In this document: in pieces, positions 52,135-59,800 of the stretch
Position numbering within the stretch: the stretch's first letter is position 1
Layout of the letters: each line of letters begins with the position of its first letter
Assembly: GCA_965221125.1 (NCBI GenBank)
Contig: CBDCRW010000006.1
Span: 128,001 to 192,000 of the forward strand
Reading direction: 5' to 3'
DNA: 64,000 bases
Origin: Alphaproteobacteria bacterium
GTDB lineage: Bacteria > Pseudomonadota > Alphaproteobacteria > UBA828
Program-made: the position numbers and the translations under genes
Notes under the pieces: generated by a model
What the model was told of the DNA's origin: nothing
What the model saw: only the letters and a program-made list of their open reading frames with translations
The model's database searches: none

Positions 52135-53751
52135 TTAGCCGCCCTCCCCCCGTGCGGACCGGGGCGGGAGCAGCACGCCGGGGTTGAGGATCTCGTGCGG
52201 GTCGAGCGCGCGCTTCGCCGCCGCGAGCGCCGCGCCGAAGAGCGCTGGCCGCTGCGCCTCGTACCACGGCATGTGGTCGCGGCCGACGGCGTGGTGATGG
52301 GTGATCGTGCCCCCCGCCTGGATCAGCGCGTCCGAGGCCGCACCCTTGATCGCCCGCCACTGCTCGATCTCGGCGCCGGGCGCGGGCTGCGCGAGATAGG
52401 TGAAGTAGGGCGCCGGCCCGTCCGGGTAGACGTGGGTGAAGCGACAGGTCACGTGCCCCGCCTTGCCGGTGGCATCCCGGATGGCGCGCTCCGTCGCCGC
52501 CTTCACGCCCGCGTGGAACTCCTCGAAGCGGTCCCAGGTGATCGCGGTCTCGAAGGTATCGTGCAGCAGGCCGTGGGCGATCAGCCCCTCGCGGTCGTAG
52601 GGCGCGCGGATGAAGGCCTCGCGCCAGGCGTCCGCCAGCGGGTCGCGCGCCTGGCTAACTGCCTCCGGGTCGAAGACCGCGCCGTGATCGGCCATGCACT
52701 CGAGCGCGCGGCTCATCCACGCGTCCACGGGGTGATCGGCGCTCTCGAACGCGAGCACGGCGAGGTGGAAGCTGCCGTCGCCCGCGCCCGCGAGCCGCGC
52801 CTCCTCGGAATCGACGAGGCGGAGGTTGGTCGGGTAGAGCCCGGCCTGGCCCACCGCGCGAATGCCCGCCGCCGCCGCCCCGAAGTCGGCGAAGCGGAGC
52901 GCGGCGGAGGCGCGGTGGGTCGGCCTATCCTGCAGCCGCATCCAGGCTTCGGTGATGATGCCGAGCGCGCCTTCGGAGCCGATCATCAGCCGGTCCGGGC
53001 TCGGTCCTGCGCCGGAGCCCGGCAGGCGGCGGCTCTCCATGGTGCCGGCCGGCGTCACCGTGCGCAGGCTTTCAACGAACTCGTCGATGTGGGTGTAGAG
53101 CGTGGCGTAGTGGCCGCCGGAGCGCGTGGCGATCCAGCCGCCGAGGGTCGAGAAGCCGAAGGACTGCGGGAAGTGCCGCAGCGTGAGCCCCGCCGGCTTG
53201 AGCTGGGCTTCGAGAGCGGGCCCGAGCACGCCGCCCTGGATGCGGGCCGCGCGGGAGGCGCGGTCGATCTCCAGCACCTTGTCGAGGCGGCCCAAGTCGA
53301 TGGTGAGCGTGCCCGCGTAGGCGTCGCCGACGGCGGGCTCGACGCCGCCCACCACGGACGACCCGGCGCCGTAGGGAATGACCGCGAGCCCCGCATCGCC
53401 CGCCCAGTCGAGCAGCGAGACCACGTCCGCCTCGTCCTCCGGGTAGGCGACGACGTCCGGCGCCACGGCGAAGTCGCGCGCCCAGGCGCGGACGTAGTCC
53501 GGGTACGACTTGCCGTAGGTGTGGCTCGCGCGGCAGTGGGCGTCGCTGCGGCAGAGCCGGGCCAGCGTCTCGGGCGGGGCCACCCTTGGCGCGGGCAGGT
53601 CCAGTTCGCCCTCGGCAGGCGGCGCCGCGTAAGCGCCGGGCACGAGGCCGGTGAGCCCGCCCACGCGCCGGGCGATCCTGCCCGCGTCCGCCTCGCTCAG
53701 CGTCTCCGATTCGAGGCCCCAGCCCCAGAACTTGCGCCGCGCCTCCGCCAT
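52135..53751 (-). CDS. FAD-linked oxidase (VAO/alkyl-DHAP-synthase-like family)
   Basis: PYGAGSSVVGG, HFPQSF, STLGGW, GSEG.LGIIT, ITHHHAVG, LNPG. Confidence 0.9.
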   Translation of the reverse strand: MAEARRKFWGWGLESETLSEADAGRIARRVGGLTGLVPGAYAAPPAEGELDLPAPRVAPPETLARLCRSDAHCRASHTYGKSYPDYVRAWARDFAVAPDVVAYPEDEADVVSLLDWAGDAGLAVIPYGAGSSVVGGVEPAVGDAYAGTLTIDLGRLDKVLEIDRASRAARIQGGVLGPALEAQLKPAGLTLRHFPQSFGFSTLGGWIATRSGGHYATLYTHIDEFVESLRTVTPAGTMESRRLPGSGAGPSPDRLMIGSEGALGIITEAWMRLQDRPTHRASAALRFADFGAAAAGIRAVGQAGLYPTNLRLVDSEEARLAGAGDGSFHLAVLAFESADHPVDAWMSRALECMADHGAVFDPEAVSQARDPLADAWREAFIRAPYDREGLIAHGLLHDTFETAITWDRFEEFHAGVKAATERAIRDATGKAGHVTCRFTHVYPDGPAPYFTYLAQPAPGAEIEQWRAIKGAASDALIQAGGTITHHHAVGRDHMPWYEAQRPALFGAALAAAKRALDPHEILNPGVLLPPRSARGEGG

Positions 53752-53756
53752 GCCGT

Positions 53757-54280
53757 TCAGCTCCCCGAAGCCAGCGCCCGCGTCGGATGCGCGGCGCCGC
53801 GATAGAGCACCTCCGCCTGCACCTCGACCTCGCGCCGCCACGCCGCCCGCGCCGCCGGGCTCATCTCCTCGGCCGGGCGCGGGTCGACGTCGAAATGATG
53901 GAAGCGGTCGACGCCCCGCACCAGCATCGCGGATTCGCGTGGCTCATGCTGGTAGGCGTGGGTCGGCACGTACTCGATGAGGAAGACGATGCGCCGCTCG
54001 CCGCTCACGTTGGGGCCGGAGGAATGGCAGATCGCGTTGTTGAAGAGCACCGCCTCGCCTGCCGCCATCGGCAGCGTCACCGCCGCCGCCTCGTCGACGG
54101 GCGCCTCGATCTGCTGCTCGCGGGTGAGCAGGCTGCCGGTGCCGAAGTGCTCGCGGTGCGGCAGCAGCGCGCCCCGGTGGGAGCCGGGAATCACGCGGAG
54201 GCACCCGGCCTCGCTGCCGCAGTCGGAGAGCGCCAGCGCCGTGATCACGACGATCGGCCTGATGTCGCAGTAGGCGGTGT
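53757..54280 (-). pseudogene. Phytanoyl-CoA dioxygenase (PhyH) family, 3' half; 5' half displaced by an insertion
   Basis: GCLRVIPGSH, GEAVLF, HSSGPN.S..RR present; N-terminal half and HxD absent; sequence switches to AT-rich repeat DNA at 54281. Confidence 0.78.
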
Positions 54281-54368
54281 GCAGTAACATAAGCGATCAG
54301 TCAGTGCTCAGTGGCTGACGCTGGGCAGTAACATAAGCGATCAGTCAGTGCTCAGTGGCTGACGCTGG
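54281..54368. repeat. Perfect 44-bp tandem duplication at the element boundary
   Basis: GCAGTAACATAAGCGATCAGTCAGTGCTCAGTGGCTGACGCTGG at 54281-54324 and 54325-54368. Confidence 0.95.
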
Positions 54369-54674
54369 GTTGCCATTTCCTCCTGTATTCGATATATGCT
54401 AGAGTATGTTACGGCTGACGTCAAGGGCGAATGGAGCGGGGATGGCGGACACATTGACTGATCTTGTGTCTCTCAGAAGTTGCATTAGGGGAAGCCGGGT
54501 TGTGGAATTTATCGTGGATGGTTGGTATGGTTTCTGCGCTGAGGGTGGATAATTCAGTCAGGACATACGAATGGCATATAATATTAGGTGCGAGGAATTA
54601 TATAGGAGTTTCATGATCTATTCTACATCCAAGGAGAGCCGCGTGTCCCGGCTGCAGAAGGTCTATACGGACGG

Positions 54675-55046
54675 ATGGCCACGATGAGGGAGGATGCCGG
54701 CGGACGGCGCCAGCGCGCGGTCATGGCCACCGATGCGGAGTGGGAACGGATCGGCCGGGCGGCGGCGGCGAGCGGCATGGACCTGTCGCGCTACGTGATC
54801 CATCGCGCGCTGGACCGGGACCCTCTGCCGCCGGAGGTCCTGCGCCGGGCGGTTCGCGAGATGCTGGTGCTGTCCAGGCTGGAGGAGAGGCGGCTGCGCG
54901 GGGCGGGCGCCGGCGAGGCCTGGGAGGACGCCTGCGACGCGGTGGACGAATGGCTCGAGCGGGAGGGCATGCTTGACCGGCTCACCGATCCAGGTGCTGC
55001 GAACCGCTGGAAGGCGGCGGGGCCGGTTGAGGAGGACGGGTCGTGA
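54675..55046 (+). CDS. Ribbon-helix-helix (MobC/TrwA-like) protein 1
   Basis: RQRAVMATDAEWERIGRAAAASGMDLSRYVIHRAL. Confidence 0.7.
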   Translation: MATMREDAGGRRQRAVMATDAEWERIGRAAAASGMDLSRYVIHRALDRDPLPPEVLRRAVREMLVLSRLEERRLRGAGAGEAWEDACDAVDEWLEREGMLDRLTDPGAANRWKAAGPVEEDGS

Positions 55047-55354
55047 CTGAGGAGGCGGCGCGGCCGCTCAGGCGTCAGCGGAGCCTGCACTGCAAGCCGG
55101 CTGAACAGGCGATGATCCGGGAGCGCGCGGCGGCGACGGAGAAGACCGTGTCGCGCTATGTGCTGGATCTCGCGCTCGCCGACGATCCGGACCGTCATCC
55201 CCTGGTGCTGACGGAAGCGGAACAGGTGGAGCAGCGGGACGGGGTGCGGGAGTTGCAGGCATTCGTGCGGGCCTTGCGGCGCGAGCTTCCGGGGGGCAGC
55301 GGGCTCAGCCTTCTGAGCGCGATCTCCGTCCTTGCACGGGAGCGCGCGCCGTGA
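55043..55354 (+). CDS. Ribbon-helix-helix (MobC/TrwA-like) protein 2
   Basis: RQRSLHCKPAEQAMIRERAAATEKTVSRYVLDLAL; GTGA coupling. Confidence 0.7.
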   Translation: MTEEAARPLRRQRSLHCKPAEQAMIRERAAATEKTVSRYVLDLALADDPDRHPLVLTEAEQVEQRDGVRELQAFVRALRRELPGGSGLSLLSAISVLARERAP

Positions 55355-55890
55355 GACGGGTGCGACGTCGGCGGAAGGCGCGCAGGCCAAGCAGGCACAT
55401 CTCGATCTCGGCGACGGACGCGGAATGGGAGATCGTTCGCAGCAACGCGCAGCGGCGCGGGCTGTCGATCGCGCGCTACCTGCTGGGGTTGGTGGAACGT
55501 GACGCTGCGGAAGAGGACGCGGGTCTACGGCACGAGCATCCCGCGCTGGCGTTGGCCAAGGAAGAGCAGCGGGAGCAGCTGGAGGCGGTACGGGAGGTTC
55601 GCGCGCTGATGCTGGAGGGGGAGGATGCGGGCCCCCTTGTGCGCGACATGCAGGAGCGGATCGCGGTGATGTTCGCCGCCTGGGCGTCTGCGATGGCGGG
55701 ATCGGGCCGCTCGGAAGAGCTGCGGCTGGCGCTCGCCTCGGTGCTTGGCGAGGAGCGGGCGGGGATCGCTGCGGCCTCGGTCGTACCGACCTCGGTCGCG
55801 GTCTCGTCCGAGCCGCCGGCAGCGAAGCAAGAGGTCGCGCCAGAGGCCCGCGAGGGGAAGACGGACTCCCGCCAGAACCGGCTCTTGTGA
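55351..55890 (+). CDS. Ribbon-helix-helix (MobC/TrwA-like) protein 3
   Basis: RHISISATDAEWEIVRSNAQRRGLSIARYLLGLV; GTGA coupling. Confidence 0.7.
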   Translation: MRRVRRRRKARRPSRHISISATDAEWEIVRSNAQRRGLSIARYLLGLVERDAAEEDAGLRHEHPALALAKEEQREQLEAVREVRALMLEGEDAGPLVRDMQERIAVMFAAWASAMAGSGRSEELRLALASVLGEERAGIAAASVVPTSVAVSSEPPAAKQEVAPEAREGKTDSRQNRLL

Positions 55891-56157
55891 GGCACTCACC
55901 GTCAGCGCCGCCGGCATGATTGATGTGCGCGAGGCCGGTCGAACGAGGAGAGAGATGGCGTGACACCGGAACGCGACAGCAGAAGCAAACGGTCGCGCCT
56001 CGGGCCTGCGAAGGGGAGACGGACCCCCGCCAGACCCGGTTGCTGTGAGGCGGGCGCCATGTGCGTCTCCGGCATGAACGAGGTGCACGAGGTCGCCCAC
56101 ACGAGGGGACAAATGGCGTGACTGCAGAGCGCGACGGCAAGAGCGGACGGACGGGCC
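55818..56157 (+). repeat. Degenerate tandem repeat, 158-bp period, about 2.1 units
   Basis: Shared blocks AGACGGAC.CCCGCCAGA.CCGG, TGTGAGGC, CCGGCATGA, ATGGCGTGAC (55955 and 56113). Confidence 0.8.
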
Positions 56158-56759
56158 AGCCGGACCTTCTGGCGAGCCTGCCGGCGGAGGGCCCGCCCGC
56201 TTCGCGGCCGGATCCTGGTATCGATCCGGCCGTGATCGAGGAACTGCTCACCGAAGTGCGGGGCCTGCGGGAGCAGGTGGCCGAACTGAAGGAAGCGGTG
56301 TCGACGGAACGGTCAGCGCCGGAGCCTGCGGCATTGCCTGACACACTGACGCTGGAGGCGCTTGAGGCCTGGGGCGACAAGCTCGTGGCCCGCGTCGCCG
56401 AAGCCGCGCCAAAGGACGACGCAGCATCGGCCGTTGCAGACCATACCGGCAGGATCGAGGAAGCGGCGGCGAAGGCGGTTGCGGCGGCAGAGCGCATCGA
56501 CGGGGGGCTGGACGTCACTGCGGACCGGGTGACGGCCGAGGTCGGGGCGGCCGCCGCCAGGATCGAGACGGGATTCCGGATTACGCGCAACCACGTCGAC
56601 CTGAAGTCCCGCCTGGTCCATGGGGCTGTAGAAGAGCTCCGGACACGCGTGGCCGGGCGGAGGTTCGGTTTGGGGACGGTTCTCGTGTTTTCGATCGTCT
56701 TCGTCCTGGTGGGCGTGTTGCTCGAGAGATACACCCACATCCCCTACCGATGGCTGTGA
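56118..56759 (+). CDS. Hypothetical coiled-coil protein with C-terminal transmembrane helix
   Basis: Ala/Glu-rich helical body; C-terminal FGLGTVLVFSIVFVLVGVLL; start uncertain. Confidence 0.6.
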   Translation: MTAERDGKSGRTGQPDLLASLPAEGPPASRPDPGIDPAVIEELLTEVRGLREQVAELKEAVSTERSAPEPAALPDTLTLEALEAWGDKLVARVAEAAPKDDAASAVADHTGRIEEAAAKAVAAAERIDGGLDVTADRVTAEVGAAAARIETGFRITRNHVDLKSRLVHGAVEELRTRVAGRRFGLGTVLVFSIVFVLVGVLLERYTHIPYRWL

Positions 56760-56834
56760 GCCCGTCGAGCCGGCGGCGTTCCCCCTCTCTGCCACTGCGG
56801 CGCACAGGCACGGCCGCACCCGAGGTCTGAGCCG

Positions 56835-59800
56835 ATGGTCGCGACGGTCGTCGAGCTTCGTTCGTCGGCCATGGCGGTGACCTACTACGAGCGCGACGGC
56901 TACTACGCAAAGAACGACCCCGAGCACCGCCAGGCGAGTTTTTGGTACGGGGACGCGGCGAAGGCGCTGGGGCTCAAGGCCCATGTGCGTCCCTCGCGCT
57001 TCGAATCGGTGCTGTCGGGATACGTGCCGGGCACGGACCTGCGTCTCGGCCGGATGCGCGAAGGGGAGCACGATCACCGGCCCGGCTGGGATATCACCCT
57101 GTCGGCGCCCAAGTCGGTATCGCTGGAGGCGCTGGTGATGGGCGACCGCAGGGTGATCCGGGCTCATGACGAGGCGGTGCGGGCGACGCTGGGCTTCGTG
57201 GAGTCGGACCTTCTGCAGACCCGGGGCTGGGACCCGGCGACGCGCCGCCGTCCCCGGGTGAAGGCGCAGGGCATGGTGGTGGCGGGGTTCCGCCATCTCG
57301 CGAGCCGCGACCAGGACCCGCAGCTGCACACCCACTGCGTGCTGGCCAACATGACGCGCAATGCCTCCGGGGAATGGCGGAGCGTTGAGCCGACGAAGAT
57401 CCGCCGCAGCGAGAAGCTGATCGGGGCGTATTACCGGAACGAGCTCGCGCAGCGTCTCCAGACTTTGGGTATGGCCGTCTCGCCGACCCTGGTGGGACGG
57501 GTGCCGGGGTTCGAGCTTGCGGGCTACGACCGCGCCTTCCTGGACGCGTTCTCGGGCAGGCGCCGGGAGATTCTCGCGTACCTGGAGCAAAAGGACCTGT
57601 CCTACACGGCGAAGCATACGCAGATGGCGGCGCTGCACACGCGCCGGCGCAAGGAGGACAAGGGCCTCGCGGACCTGGTGCCGGAATGGCGCGAACGGGC
57701 GCGGGCGCTGGGTCTGGTGCGGGAGAAGACGGCCCTCACGCCGTCCCGGCCGCTCGACCCTGTGACCGGCGAGCGGGTGGGGTTGCCGCGCGTGCCCGCG
57801 CTGGACCTGCCGGCCAACGAGATCCGCAGCCTGAAGCGCGCGCCGGCGCTGCCGGCGCTGCCGAGGCAGCCCCGCGACGACGTTGCCGCGTCGGCGGGGG
57901 TGAATTCCACGCCCCCTCGCTCTCCGGCGCCGGCGGAGCTGTCGCAGGAGCCCGAGCGGGGCGTCCTGGAGGCGGTGGCGCGGGCTGTGGCACATGTTGC
58001 GGAGCGACGCACCGCGATCCCGGAGGCTGAGATCCGGGCGGTGGCGCTGGGCCATGCGCCGGGGCGCTACACCCTGGCCGAGGTCGACGGGGCGATCGCA
58101 CGGCTGGTGTCCGGCGGCGAGCTCATCGAGGCGGAACGCCGGGGCATGGACCGGGCCTTCGTCACCGACCGGGCTGTGAAGGCCGAACGCCAGGTGCTGG
58201 CGTCGATGCGGACAGGACGGGGCAAGGGAGCGGCGCTGGCCGGCGCGGATGCCGTCGAGGCCCGGCTCGGGGCGTCGCGTCTCACCAAGGGCCAGAGGGA
58301 GGCGGTCCGCACGGTGCTGCTGTCGGACGATCTCACGGTCGGCGTGCAGGGCCATGCCGGCAGCGGCAAGACCACCATGCTGAGGGAGGTGAAGGCGCTT
58401 CTCGGGGACAGGACGATACAGGGCCTTGCGCCGTCGGCCGCCGCGGCACGGGTTCTCGCCAGGGGGGCCAGCATCCCGTCCAGGACGCTGCAATACTTCC
58501 TGACGCGCTTCAACGACCTCCCGGCCCCGGCGCGGCTGGCGCGGGGCCGGGAGGAGTACGGGGGCGCGGTGCTGGCGGTGGACGAGGCCTCGATGATCGA
58601 CACCGTGCGCATGGAGGCGCTGCTGCGCATCGCGCGCGATCTGGACGTAGCGCGGGTGGCGCTGGTAGGCGACACCGCGCAGTTGAGGGCGGTGGATGCG
58701 GGCCAGCCCTTCCGGCTGCTGCAGAAGGCGGGCATGGCGACGGCGACCATGGACGAGGTGCTGCGCCAGCGCGACCCGGAGCTGCGTGCGACGGTAGGCC
58801 GCGTCAGGGAGGGGGAGCCGGGCGCGGCGATCGCGGCGCTGGGCAACCGGGTGCGCGAGGCGCCCCGTGAGGAGCTCGGCATCGAGGCGGCGCGGCGCTG
58901 GCTGGCGCTGGCGCCGGAGCAGCGGGCGGACACCTTGATTCTCGCCCCCACGCACGCGATCCGCCGGCAGGCGAACGAGGCGGTGCGCGAGGGGCTCGCG
59001 GAGGAGGGCGTGTTGAAGGGCCGCACCCTCGCCGTCGACCGCCTGGTAAACCGGCGGCTCACCCGTGCGCTGGCCTCCGACATCCAGAGCTACGAGCCCG
59101 GAGACACCATAGTGTTCCACCGCGACGTCTTCGGCTGCCGCGCAAACGACGTCTGCACCGTCATGGGCCACGACGGCGGCAGGGTCGTTCTGGCCCATCC
59201 GGACGGCGAGCGCCGGTTCCGGCCCTCGGGCAATGCGGCGCGCTATCTGGGCCTCTACGACACCGAGCGGATCGAGCTGCGCGCCGGCGACCTGATCCGC
59301 TGGACGCGCAACCGCAAGGCCCCGCCTGCCCGCGGCAGGCATCCCCAGGCACCGAACCTGGTCAACGGCGGCGAGGCGGAGATCGTGGAGATCGGCTACA
59401 GGCGGGTGCGCTTCCGCGAGGGCGGCCGGGAGTTCAGTCTTGCGCTTGCCGACCCGCAGTTGCGCCATCTCGATCATGCCTACTGTTCCACCGTGCATTC
59501 TGCGCAGGGCCGGACGGCGCGTGCGGCGATCGCGGTGCTGGACGCGGGCGGCTGGGTCGACCGCGAGCTGTTCCATGTCGAGCTCAGCCGGGTCTCGGAA
59601 GAGTTCCTGCTGCTGACCGACGACCGCGACGCGCTCATCGAGAGCATGGCATACGACCGGAGCGAGGACGGGGCGCTGGAGGCCCTGGGGATCGACCTTT
59701 CCGGGCCCCCAGTCGTGGACCCCGAGGAGTTCGCGGCGTTGGCGGCGGACTGGCGGGCGCTTCTGCGGGAGGGCGAGGCGACGAACACCGTTCCGTTCCT

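Noticed and set aside
54281-54368. 44-bp repeat as a CRISPR mini-array
   Set aside because: Copies are directly adjacent with no spacer, and no cas genes are present.
54655-54670. GTCTATA as an R388-like nic site
   Set aside because: Only 7 bp match and the upstream hairpin is missing; oriT position cannot be assigned.
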